A stretch of DNA of 64,000 nucleotides from contig CALWPL010000006.1 of assembly GCA_944383405.1 (NCBI GenBank), positions 10,127 to 74,126 on the forward strand, given 5' to 3'. A model generated the notes under the pieces. The model searched no databases, was not told the origin of the DNA, and saw nothing but the letters and a program-made list of their open reading frames with translations. This document shows positions 55,316 through 64,000 of the stretch, piece by piece. Every line of letters begins with the position of its first letter. Position 1 is the stretch's first letter. A program made the translations under genes and the position numbers. This stretch comes from an uncultured Clostridia bacterium. Lineage in GTDB: Bacteria > Bacillota > Clostridia > Christensenellales > UBA1242.

Positions 55316-56632
55316 ATGGATAAGGCAAATAAAAAAGTATCAGTAATTGGGGCGGGGCTTGCTGGATGCGAGGCAAGTTATCAATTAGCAAAACGGGGAA
55401 TTAATGTAGATTTATATGATATTAAACCTAATTCTTTTACTCCTGCTCATAGTAATCCAAATTTTGCTGAAATTGTTTGTTCAAATAGTTTAAAGTCATG
55501 CGATGAGTTAACCGCATCTGGACTTCTTAAAAAGGAACTTTTAGAATTTGATAGTTTAATTTTAAAAACTGCTTATAAAGAGCGAGTGCCAGCAGGAAAC
55601 GCTCTTGCTGTTGATAGGGAAAAATTTGCTTTTTCTGTAACAAAAAAAATAAAAGAGTTTAAAAATATTAATTTTATTTCAAAGGAAGTAACAAAAATTC
55701 CTGACGGAATGGTCATTATTGCAACGGGTCCATTGACAACAGATGCTTTATCTCAAGAAATTTCTAGGCTTCTTGTTACAGATAATTTATATTTTTTTGA
55801 TGCTTCAAGTCCAATTGTTGAAGCAGATAGCATTGACATGACAAAAGCATATGTTAAAGATAGGTATGATAAGGGCACAAATGACTATATAAATTGTCCT
55901 ATGAATAAAGAAGAGTATTTAAATTTTTATAATGAACTTATTAAGGCTCAAAGAGTAGAATTAAAAAATTTTGAGAAAAAAGAAGTTTTTGAAGGTTGTA
56001 TGCCAGTTGAAATTATGGCTGCTCGAGGAGAAGATAGTTTAAGGTTTGGACCTTTAAAGCCAATAGGGCTAGATAATCCAATAACAAAAGAAAAATATTA
56101 TGCGGTTGTTCAACTTAGAGCAGAAGATAAAGAAAAGAGATTATATAATATGGTAGGCTTTCAAACAAACTTACTGTATGGCGAGCAAAAAAGAGTTTTT
56201 AGATTAATTCCGGGGCTTGAGAACGCAAAATTTGTAAAGTATGGTGTTATGCACAGGAATACATATATAAATGCACCACAAGTACTATCAAATACATATC
56301 AGTTAAAAAACAATAAAAATATTTTTATAGCAGGTCAACTTAGTGGAGTTGAGGGGTATGTGGAAAGCAGTATGAGCGGGTTGCTTGCGGGCATAAATGT
56401 ATATCTAGTTTTGACAAATAAAAATCCCCTTGTTTTATCGTCAAACACAATGATGGGAGCAATAACAAACTATATAGTGTCAAATAGTAGAAAAAATTTT
56501 CAACCTATGAATGCAAATTATGGCATATTAAATTCGCTTGACAAAAAAGAAAAAGATGACAAAATAAAAAAGCAGAAATATCTTGATAGGTCTTTAAATG
56601 AAATAAAGGGAATTATAAAAGATATTCAATAA
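55316..56632 (+). CDS. trmFO: methylenetetrahydrofolate--tRNA-(uracil54-C5)-methyltransferase TrmFO
   Basis: VIGAGLAGCEA FAD motif and Gid/TrmFO-like sequence; topA-trmFO-hslVU synteny. Confidence 0.94.
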   Translation: MDKANKKVSVIGAGLAGCEASYQLAKRGINVDLYDIKPNSFTPAHSNPNFAEIVCSNSLKSCDELTASGLLKKELLEFDSLILKTAYKERVPAGNALAVDREKFAFSVTKKIKEFKNINFISKEVTKIPDGMVIIATGPLTTDALSQEISRLLVTDNLYFFDASSPIVEADSIDMTKAYVKDRYDKGTNDYINCPMNKEEYLNFYNELIKAQRVELKNFEKKEVFEGCMPVEIMAARGEDSLRFGPLKPIGLDNPITKEKYYAVVQLRAEDKEKRLYNMVGFQTNLLYGEQKRVFRLIPGLENAKFVKYGVMHRNTYINAPQVLSNTYQLKNNKNIFIAGQLSGVEGYVESSMSGLLAGINVYLVLTNKNPLVLSSNTMMGAITNYIVSNSRKNFQPMNANYGILNSLDKKEKDDKIKKQKYLDRSLNEIKGIIKDIQ

Positions 56633-56647
56633 AATAAGGAGAAAATT

Positions 56648-57184
56648 ATGGAAGATATAAGAAGCACAACCATTGTTGCTGTTAAAAGAAATGGCAAGAC
56701 TGCAATTGCAGGCGATGGGCAAGTAACAGTTGGTGAAAAGTTTATAATAAAAAATAATGCGACAAAAGTAAGGCGTATATATAACGATAGAGTTATTATT
56801 GGTTTTGCTGGTTCTGCTGCTGATGCGTTTAGTCTGTCTCAGAAATTTGAGGAATTACTTCAAAAATTTAGTGGAAATTTGATGAGAAGTGCGGTAGAAC
56901 TTGCAATAGGTTTTAGAGAAGATAAATATACTAGAAAACTTGATGCGCTTATGCTTGTTGCAGACAAGGATAATCTTTTGTATGTTTCAGGCAACGGGGA
57001 TGTTTTTGAACCTGAATATGGGGTGGCGGCTATTGGGAGCGGTGAATTTTATGCACTCGCAGCCTCAAGGGCACTTATTGAAAATACTGACCTTTCGGCA
57101 AAGGAAATAGCCTTAAAGGCAATGAAAATTACAAGCGATATTTGTGTATTTACAAATGGGCATGTTACAGTTGAGGAGGTTTAA
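56648..57184 (+). CDS. hslV: ATP-dependent protease subunit HslV (CodW-like)
   Basis: TTIVAV nucleophile region after a 6-aa N-terminal extension; GDGQVT, GSG motifs. Confidence 0.94.
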   Translation: MEDIRSTTIVAVKRNGKTAIAGDGQVTVGEKFIIKNNATKVRRIYNDRVIIGFAGSAADAFSLSQKFEELLQKFSGNLMRSAVELAIGFREDKYTRKLDALMLVADKDNLLYVSGNGDVFEPEYGVAAIGSGEFYALAASRALIENTDLSAKEIALKAMKITSDICVFTNGHVTVEEV

Positions 57185-57189
57185 TTAAA

Positions 57190-58509
57190 ATGAATTTTAC
57201 GCCAAAGCAGATTGTTCAAGAACTTGATAAGTATATAATAGGTCAAGAAAAAGCAAAAAAAGCAGTTGCAATAGCACTTAGGAATAGATATAGACGAAGC
57301 AGGCTGTCTAAGCAGATGCAAGAAGAAATTACTCCTAAAAATATTATAATGAAAGGACCAACTGGTGTTGGTAAGACAGAAATTGCTAGGCGTCTAGCAA
57401 AACTAGTTGGAGCCCCTTTTATTAAAGTTGAGGCAACTAAATATACAGAGGTTGGTTATGTTGGAAGGGATGTCGAGAGCATGGTGCGAGACCTTGTTGA
57501 GGCGTCTTTTAGATTAGTAAAAGATGAAAAGGTTAGTGATGTAATTGAAAAGGTCAAACCTACTGTTGATAAGCGTTTATTTGATTTAATATATCCACTA
57601 AAAAAATCAACTGTTGATGGGGTTGATGTTGGTGGAGAAGAATTTAGGGAGCATATAAATAGAAACTTACTTGATGGTAAATATGATGATGATATAGTTG
57701 AAATGGAAGTAAAAGAAGCCCCAAAGGCTTTTGAAATGATGCCAGGTAGTGCTATGGAGATAAACATAGGGGATATAATGGGTGGCATTTTCCCTTCAAA
57801 GAAAAAGAAAAGAAAACTTACGATTAGAGAGGCTCGTGAGATTTTGAATCAAGAAGAATGCGACAAAGTAATTGATATTGATGCAACAAAATCTGAGGCA
57901 ATAAGAAGGGCAGAGCAAGAAGGAATAATATTTATTGATGAAATAGATAAAATTGCAGGAACAAATTCTCGTTCAAGCGGGCCAGAAGTTAGTAGAGAAG
58001 GCGTTCAAAGAGACATTTTGCCTATTGTTGAAGGTAGCACTGTAAATACAAAGTATGGTATTGTTAAAACTGATTATATACTTTTTATTGCCGCAGGTGC
58101 TTTTCATGTTTCAAAAGTAGAAGATTTGATTCCGGAATTGCAAGGAAGATTTCCTATTAGGGTTGAACTAGATAACTTAACTGCAAAAGAGTTTTATAAG
58201 ATTTTAACTGAACCAAAAAATGCTATAACTTTACAGTATCAAGAATTACTTAAAGTTGACAATATTAATCTTATTTTTAAAGAAGATGCATTAAAGGAGA
58301 TAGCAAGATACACGGAAGAAGAAAATGAAACTAGTGAAAATCTTGGTGCAAGAAGGCTTCATACCGTAATTGAACTATTGCTTGAAGATATTAGTTATAA
58401 TGCTGGCGGGGAGCAACCAATGACCGATGTTATTATTGATAAAAATTATGTTACAGAAGCATTTAAAAATTTTGATAAAAATCATGATTTAAGAAAATAT
58501 GTATTATAA
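57190..58509 (+). CDS. hslU: ATP-dependent protease ATPase subunit HslU
   Basis: TPKQIVQELDKYIIGQ, Walker A GPTGVGKTE, Walker B IIFIDEIDK. Confidence 0.96.
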   Translation: MNFTPKQIVQELDKYIIGQEKAKKAVAIALRNRYRRSRLSKQMQEEITPKNIIMKGPTGVGKTEIARRLAKLVGAPFIKVEATKYTEVGYVGRDVESMVRDLVEASFRLVKDEKVSDVIEKVKPTVDKRLFDLIYPLKKSTVDGVDVGGEEFREHINRNLLDGKYDDDIVEMEVKEAPKAFEMMPGSAMEINIGDIMGGIFPSKKKKRKLTIREAREILNQEECDKVIDIDATKSEAIRRAEQEGIIFIDEIDKIAGTNSRSSGPEVSREGVQRDILPIVEGSTVNTKYGIVKTDYILFIAAGAFHVSKVEDLIPELQGRFPIRVELDNLTAKEFYKILTEPKNAITLQYQELLKVDNINLIFKEDALKEIARYTEEENETSENLGARRLHTVIELLLEDISYNAGGEQPMTDVIIDKNYVTEAFKNFDKNHDLRKYVL

Positions 58510-58527
58510 AGAAAAATAACTTAAAGA

Positions 58528-58557
58528 TTAGACTTTTTTATATTTTTATGATATACT
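58528..58557 (+). promoter_or_regulatory. promoter of trxA with extended -10
   Basis: TTAGAC (58528-58533), 18-nt spacer including TG, TATACT (58552-57). The TGATATACTCTTA string is the same as the one upstream of the 14847 gene. Confidence 0.45.
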
Positions 58558-58580
58558 CTTACAAATTAAGGAGATTAAAA

Positions 58581-58892
58581 ATGGAACTTATTCATTTAAA
58601 TTCAGAAAATTTTGACGAGTCAATAAACGAGAAAGATACCCCTGTTTTAGTTGATTTTTTTGCCACATGGTGCGGACCTTGTAGAATGCTAGCACCAATT
58701 CTTGAAGATGTAAGTAGTGAACTTGAAGGAAAAGCAAAAGTTTATAAAGTAGACATTGATGAATGTATGGATATAGCAAAGAGATTTGGAATAATGAGTG
58801 TCCCAACTATGATTATTTTTAAAGAAGGCAAAGAAGTTGATAGGCTTATAGGGCTTAGGCAAAAGAACCAAATAATAGATGCTTTAAAATAA
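58581..58892 (+). CDS. trxA: thioredoxin
   Basis: ATG at 58581 follows AAGGAG; WCGPC active site; 103 aa. Confidence 0.95.
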   Translation: MELIHLNSENFDESINEKDTPVLVDFFATWCGPCRMLAPILEDVSSELEGKAKVYKVDIDECMDIAKRFGIMSVPTMIIFKEGKEVDRLIGLRQKNQIIDALK

Positions 58893-58944
58893 TTAGTTTA
58901 ATTTAAGTTGACTAAAAAAAATAAGAAATTATAATAAAATTTGA

Positions 58945-58981
58945 AAAACAAAGAGGTTTTAGGGGCTCTCTTTGTTTTTTG
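58945..58981 (+). terminator. rho-independent terminator after trxA
   Basis: AACAAAGAG pairs with CTCTTTGTT, followed by T6. Confidence 0.7.
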
Positions 58982-59158
58982 TTTTAAAAGCATTGTATGA
59001 TTATAAAATAAATTTCTGGTAAAAATTGTTGATATATATAAAATTTGCTGTTTTTATTTTTTATTAAAAATTAAAAGGCGAATTTGAAAAATATAATTGA
59101 CTTAATATATATATTTTTGTATAATCAATTCGTTATCAAAAGGAGAATTAGGTATTCA

Positions 59159-60511
59159 ATGAGCAAGACTAGGTCTAAAATTAAACTATGTATTGTGGCT
59201 GTTCTTACCATTATAGGTTTGTTGCTCACTTTTGTTAGTTTTATGATCCCAACTACTAATACAACTTATAGAGGCTTTTTTGCTGCTATTAACTATGGGT
59301 ATGATATTGGTGGGGGTAGATTATCAATATATGAAGCAAATAGTGAAGATTTGACACAAGATGAAGTAAGTATTAGGTTAGATGAAACAGTAAGAAAATT
59401 TGAAAAGGCATTTTCATCAAGAGGATTAAATGTATCAAGACAGAAAGAAACCATTAGAATAGAGATTTCAAACTATGACGATGAGGAAATAACTAATCTT
59501 TTGTCTCGTGCAGGAAGCTCTGTTGATTTAATGGCTCTTATTGGGTCTGAAAGTGGGATTTCAATTAATACAAATAGTTCTGAGGCTAACGCAGAAGGCA
59601 GTATCACTGGAGAATACATTGAAAGTTGTACTCTTGGGGCGTCTCAGGCCGATGGAATGGGTGGTAGTTATTATCCCGTTACAATTAATTTTACGCCAGC
59701 AGGACAAGAACTTCTTAGAGAAATGACAGGCTCTATTGCTGGGAGCGATTCGGAGAAATTGTATATTTATTTAAATGGAACAAACTACAATTCTAGCGGA
59801 TTTGAAATGTCTAGTGCTGTAAGTGAAATTAGTTTATATTCAGAAAATCAAGAGGCGGCTGTTGCTCTGCAACTTCAAGTTTCTGCACTTGCAAAACCAA
59901 TTTCTCTTAGAATGATTGTTGACGATCAAATTACAAGTGGACTTAATACTAGTAATGGTGCTTTTTTTGGTAATATACAGGTCTTGACTTGTGTTGCTTT
60001 TGGAGCGATTCTTCTTGTTACAATTTTATTCTTGCTCATTAGGTATAGAATGCTTGGTCTTCTTGCAACAATGTCTATAGGAATCTTTATTTCAATTTTT
60101 GCCTTCCTTTTGCAATCAATTCCACTTGTACTTATGGATTTAAATGGACTACTTGGAGTTATGTTTACTTATGTTCTACTTATTGTTTCAATTATTGAAA
60201 TATTTGAAAGAATTAGGTTTGAATATAAATCTGGAAAGAAAATTCCAAATAGTGTTATGAGTGCTTTTAAGAAAAAGACTCTAAATATTCTTGAAAAATA
60301 TGTTTTCTTGCTTATTTTATCTGCGATATTCTATCTTGTAGGTGGAGCAGGTTTAAAGTGTTTTGCTGTTTCATTATTTGTTGGCCTTTTTGTAAATTAC
60401 TTTGTACTATTTGTTGCTTTAAGGGGGACAAGTTATTCATATATAAATGTAAATAGCACGAGAAAAAATTTCTACAATCTCAAAAGGGAGGGTGTGAAGA
60501 ATGAAATCTAA
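59159..60511 (+). CDS. secD: protein translocase subunit SecD (divergent)
   Basis: N-terminal TM, extracytoplasmic domain of about 280 aa, then five C-terminal TM helices. Lies directly upstream of and overlapping secF. ATG at 59159; the ORF-track start is 59084. Confidence 0.7.
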   Translation: MSKTRSKIKLCIVAVLTIIGLLLTFVSFMIPTTNTTYRGFFAAINYGYDIGGGRLSIYEANSEDLTQDEVSIRLDETVRKFEKAFSSRGLNVSRQKETIRIEISNYDDEEITNLLSRAGSSVDLMALIGSESGISINTNSSEANAEGSITGEYIESCTLGASQADGMGGSYYPVTINFTPAGQELLREMTGSIAGSDSEKLYIYLNGTNYNSSGFEMSSAVSEISLYSENQEAAVALQLQVSALAKPISLRMIVDDQITSGLNTSNGAFFGNIQVLTCVAFGAILLVTILFLLIRYRMLGLLATMSIGIFISIFAFLLQSIPLVLMDLNGLLGVMFTYVLLIVSIIEIFERIRFEYKSGKKIPNSVMSAFKKKTLNILEKYVFLLILSAIFYLVGGAGLKCFAVSLFVGLFVNYFVLFVALRGTSYSYINVNSTRKNFYNLKREGVKNEI

Positions 60512-61598
60512 TGAGACAAAAAATGCTGATTATTTAAAGTTTTTCAAACCTTGCCTAATTGTAACTCTTGTCTTAATCGTTATTAGTGCTTTTATTATAG
60601 GGTTTCTTGGCTTTAATACAAATGTTGATTTCTCTGGTGGGACACAACTTGTTGTTGAGTTTACAAATTCAAATATTAATATTGATAATGATGAAGATTT
60701 TAATAGTGCTGATAGTAGCGTAAGGGAAATACTTTCTAGTCATGGAGTGAATATAAATTCTTTCCAAGTTCAAGGAGAATTTAATTCTAAGTCCTTTGTT
60801 ATTACATTTGATAATGTGTCTGATGATGTTTTAAATTCAATTAGGCTTGAAATAAATTCAAAATTTAATATTTCAAATCACTATAACGATTTAGAAAATA
60901 AGCAAGATATTATTGATTCTAATTTTGATTTAACAAGAGATACAAGTGTAATTGATTCTTTCTTAGCAAGTGATATTTTTATTTCTACAATTTCAACACT
61001 TTTATTTGCTTTAACTATAATTTGTATTTATGCTTGTTTTAGAGTTAAAGTTGCAGGCGGGCTTACAATTTTATTTGGTGCCGTTTTTGATATTGTATTA
61101 ATGCTTTGCTTTATCGCTCTTGCTAGAATTGAGATTAATAGATACATTTTTGTCGTTTTAGGACTTATTACAGTTCTAAGCGTTTATGCAAGTAGTAATA
61201 TGATGTTTGATATAAAAGAAAAAGCAAAAGACCCTAATTTATCAACAAAATCAAATTACGAAATTGCAAATTTATCTATTGATTCTAGTTGGAAAAAGAG
61301 TTTGGGAGTGTATTTAGGAATATTTTTGATTCTAGTTATTTGGGGCGTTTTTACTACTACTAATGTTTTGCATACTTTACTCGCTATTCTTGCAGGGGTA
61401 GTAGTTGTTTTCGGAACGCATTTATTTGTTACTCCTGCATTTTGGGTCGCAATTAATAGACAAAAAGAAACTTTTACTAAGCATGGCATAATTAGAACTG
61501 ATAAATCTGTTGATGCTGTTGTTGTAAATAAAGAGAATGATAACAACCAAAATGACCAAGATAAAGATGCTGAAGTAATTGAAATAAATGAAGATTAA
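60501..61598 (+). CDS. secF: protein translocase subunit SecF (divergent)
   Basis: N-terminal TM followed by the VDFSGGTQL block typical of SecF, then five TM helices and an acidic tail. Confidence 0.7.
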   Translation: MKSNETKNADYLKFFKPCLIVTLVLIVISAFIIGFLGFNTNVDFSGGTQLVVEFTNSNINIDNDEDFNSADSSVREILSSHGVNINSFQVQGEFNSKSFVITFDNVSDDVLNSIRLEINSKFNISNHYNDLENKQDIIDSNFDLTRDTSVIDSFLASDIFISTISTLLFALTIICIYACFRVKVAGGLTILFGAVFDIVLMLCFIALARIEINRYIFVVLGLITVLSVYASSNMMFDIKEKAKDPNLSTKSNYEIANLSIDSSWKKSLGVYLGIFLILVIWGVFTTTNVLHTLLAILAGVVVVFGTHLFVTPAFWVAINRQKETFTKHGIIRTDKSVDAVVVNKENDNNQNDQDKDAEVIEINED

Positions 61599-61628
61599 AT
61601 AAATTATTAAGAAGATTAAATATTATTA

Positions 61629-61660
61629 AAAGGATTATCTAATACAAAAGATAGTCCTTT
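61629..61660 (+). terminator. terminator-like hairpin after secF
   Basis: AAAGGATTATCT pairs with AGATAGTCCTTT (one mismatch); the T-tract is weak. Confidence 0.45.
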
Positions 61661-61842
61661 TGACTTTGTTTTCTAAAAAAAGATAAAAAAAAGAATATAT
61701 TGAAATTTGTAGTCAATATGTTTTTTTTTTGTTTGACAAGAATTTTACTTGTTTTTAAGAAAAATGGTAGGTATAAAATGGTAAAGTTTTTATTGTTTGT
61801 TATGTTTTTTTAATTAAAAAATTTGTAATATATTATTTTTTC

Positions 61843-61872
61843 TTGCCAGTATACTGAGAAAAGTGTTAGAAT
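61843..61872 (+). promoter_or_regulatory. promoter-like element in the long secF-LRR2 intergenic region
   Basis: TTGCCA (61843-61848), 18-nt spacer with TG at 61864-61865, TAGAAT (61867-61872). Confidence 0.35.
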
Positions 61873-62094
61873 GAGTTTGTAATTAAAGACTTGAAACTTG
61901 TAGTTTTGTACTAATTTTTAAAACACAAAGTAGTATAAAAATTAAATAGTTATGCATAAAATTAGTTTTTTTTAAATATAAAAGAGTTTTAAATTTAAAA
62001 AGTTTTTTAAGTAGTTTTGCATAAAAATTAATTTTTAAAAACAAAAGAACTGATAAGTAATAAAAGAAAAGTTAAAAACTAAAAAAACAAAAAT

Positions 62095-62441
62095 TGTGGA
62101 TAACATAAAAACTTATTGTGAAAATGTGAAAAAAATTAGTTGACAGAACTGCGGGGGGGTACACTTTAATTGCGAAAAAATAAAAATAGGAATTGTGGAT
62201 AAAAATTGTGAATAAGTAATACACCAGTTATCAACAATAAAAATTTTTAAAAAACATAAGAGCGAAGAAAGTATAAATAGAAAGACTAGAAAATTTAGGC
62301 GAAGAGTAAAAAAATAAAAAATTTTTAATTGTTGTAATAATAAGTGTAAATCTTAGATACAAAGTAAATCAAAGTTTAATTGTTAAGTATTATTCACAAA
62401 TAAGTAGTTAATATTAAAATTAAAATCATTTAATATCCACA
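62095..62441. promoter_or_regulatory. DnaA-box cluster (2 perfect and 4 one-mismatch boxes)
   Basis: TGTGGATAA at 62095-62103 and 62194-62202 (perfect, complement of TTATCCACA). TGTGAATAA at 62207-62215, TTATCAACA at 62228-62236, TTATTCACA at 62390-62398, ATATCCACA at 62433-62441. Confidence 0.7.
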
Positions 62442-62553
62442 AAAAGAGTTAATACTAAAAATTAAACTTAAAAATTATTACTAGATTAATATAAATAGCA
62501 TAAATAAAAAGGACTTAAAATAAACAAAATAGAAATACAAAGGAGAAAAACTT

Positions 62554-64000
62554 ATGACAATGAAAAGGCAAATACTCATATCAACATTTTTTATATTACT
62601 ATCCATTTGTCTATTTGTAATGTCAATTTACATTGCGTTATCAGCCATGAATCATAGTTTTGATAGCGATGTAAATATTTATTATGAAGCGCCAATAAAT
62701 GTAACATTAAATTTAGTTAATAATGAAGGTAGCAATATTACAGAAGATAATGTAAGTATTGTTCTTAATCCAGAGGATGTAACAGAGTTTAGAATAGACG
62801 GAGTTGTACCAGAGATAGTAGATGGGGCAACTACAAATTTAGATGATATTACAAATAGTAATAGTCAGGAGTTTTACTATTTTTCAACCGTACCACAAGA
62901 TGATAGTGGTAATGTAATAACAGGTGGTAGTGAAATAGAAACAGCAAGCAGTGTTATGTCAAGTGAAAATTTGCAAACAGTTTCAGATAATACTACATAT
63001 TTAGATTTAGAATATAAAAATATATTAGCACAAAGGTATTATGTGTCAACAGCACAAAATCCTGTTTGGTATGATATGCCAAGTGAGATGACACAACTAT
63101 ATTCAACCTTTTTAACTCCTAATTGTTTTTCAGGACGAGATAGTGATATTGGGGAGAACAAAAATATTATAATCTCGCATAGCGTAACAAATATCCCTGA
63201 GCATGCTTTTAATGGTAATACAGATATTGTTAGTGTTGTTATTCCAAATACAATAACAAATTTAAATCAGTATTCATTTTATCGTTGTTATGATTTGTCA
63301 AATGTAATACTTCCAGGAAATATAGAGAGTATTGGAAGTAATGCTTTTTACTTTTGCCTAGGACTAAATAGTATAGTTGTTCCTAATAATTTAACTAGCA
63401 TGGGGAGTAATGCATTTTATTATTGTTACAATTTAGTTGAAGTATATAATTTAAGTAGTCTAAATATAACTGCTGGAAGTACAGGCAGTGGTAGAATAGC
63501 TTACTATGCAGATTATGTATATAATATTTCCACTCCATCAGGTAAGCAATTTATTGTTGATAATGAATATGTAATGTATAACAATAATGATAGTTATTAT
63601 TTGCTTGGTTATATTGGTACTAGCACTGATTTAGTACTTCCAACTACAAGTTATAAATATGAAATACATGATAGGGCTTTTGAGGGCGTTAAAAACATAA
63701 ATTCAGTTATTGTGCCTGAAAGTGTAAGTAGTATAGGAAGATACGCATTTGAAAATTCAAACTTAACTACTATTCAATTGCCAACAAGTATTTCAAGTAT
63801 TGATAGTTATGCATTTCAGAATTGTAATAAATTGTTAAATGTAAATTTTGTAGGTAGTCTTGAGAATTTAGTAAATATTGAATATGGAGATAATAATTAT
63901 TCTCGCCCTAGTTATTGTGCTGAAAATTTTTATTTAAATGGAGAAGCCTTAACTACATTGACAATTCCTAGTAGTATAAATAGTATAAATAATTATGCGT
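62554..64000 (+). CDS. second BspA-type LRR surface protein (paralog of 34319-38800), 5' partial, runs off the window
   Basis: ATG at 62554 follows AAAGGAG, and I read the frame as open to position 64000. It is absent from the ORF track because it has no stop. MTMKRQILISTFFILLSICLFVMSIYIALSAMNHSFDS matches the first gene at 36 of 38 residues. LRR units and the CYNLVEVYNLSSL block follow. Confidence 0.85.
   Translation, partial: MTMKRQILISTFFILLSICLFVMSIYIALSAMNHSFDSDVNIYYEAPINVTLNLVNNEGSNITEDNVSIVLNPEDVTEFRIDGVVPEIVDGATTNLDDITNSNSQEFYYFSTVPQDDSGNVITGGSEIETASSVMSSENLQTVSDNTTYLDLEYKNILAQRYYVSTAQNPVWYDMPSEMTQLYSTFLTPNCFSGRDSDIGENKNIIISHSVTNIPEHAFNGNTDIVSVVIPNTITNLNQYSFYRCYDLSNVILPGNIESIGSNAFYFCLGLNSIVVPNNLTSMGSNAFYYCYNLVEVYNLSSLNITAGSTGSGRIAYYADYVYNISTPSGKQFIVDNEYVMYNNNDSYYLLGYIGTSTDLVLPTTSYKYEIHDRAFEGVKNINSVIVPESVSSIGRYAFENSNLTTIQLPTSISSIDSYAFQNCNKLLNVNFVGSLENLVNIEYGDNNYSRPSYCAENFYLNGEALTTLTIPSSINSINNYA

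Noticed and set aside
61599-62553. The DnaA-box cluster plus AT-rich repeats as the chromosomal replication origin (oriC).
   Set aside because: There is no dnaA, dnaN or rpmH nearby. Genes on both sides (secDF upstream, the LRR paralog downstream) and 55 of 60 CDS in the window are on the + strand, so there is no orientation switch of the kind expected at an origin in Bacillota. I could not compute GC skew, so oriC is downgraded rather than formally excluded.
1-64000. Alternative genetic code (UGA as Trp or Gly), as seen in some low-GC lineages.
   Set aside because: Full-length conserved proteins are obtained with the standard code. TGA terminates trmD (42512-42514) and plsX (28689-28691) at the expected protein ends, and Trp positions (for example WCGPC in trxA) use TGG.

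Overview
Low-GC (about 30% by eye) chromosomal segment from a spore-forming Bacillota (Firmicutes). It uses the standard genetic code: TGA ends trmD and plsX, and TGG encodes Trp. I count 60 CDS (55 on the + strand, 5 on the - strand) and 7 tRNAs, and I see no rRNA, CRISPR array, transposase or integrase. Most of the window is core machinery in the classical Bacillus/Clostridium order. It runs frr-uppS-cdsA-rseP-[polC-like]-rimP-nusA-ylxR-infB-rbfA-nrnA-truB, then tRNA-Ala, spoIIAA-spoIIAB-sigF (- strand), a six-tRNA operon and copA-copZ. It continues with yceD-rpmF, [pepD-like]-asd-dapA-dapB-lysC, plsX-rnc-smc-ftsY, ylxM-ffh-rpsP-KH-rimM-trmD-GNAT-rbgA-rnhB-yraN-rplS and lepA-hemW. The last block is comM-dprA-topA-trmFO-hslV-hslU, trxA and secD-secF. 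The non-core content is the most interesting part. (1) A 1493-aa BspA-type leucine-rich-repeat surface protein with its own promoter and terminator is wedged between ftsY and ylxM-ffh. It looks like a tandem fusion of two complete modules and carries a near-perfect 66-nt in-frame tandem duplication. (2) A paralog starts at 62554 and runs off the window; it is absent from the ORF track and shares the 5' UTR and signal-anchor cassette. (3) The 955-bp AT-rich non-coding region in front of that paralog holds a cluster of DnaA boxes (2 perfect, 4 one-mismatch) and a G7 tract inside a promoter-like element. (4) A 526-aa PolC-N-terminus/OB/DEDDh-exonuclease protein with no polymerase part sits exactly where polC normally lies. 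(5) A PepD-like protein with substituted catalytic positions heads the dap/lys operon. (6) A structured 65-nt spacer lies inside the tRNA operon. All family assignments come from motif recognition by eye; no searches were run.
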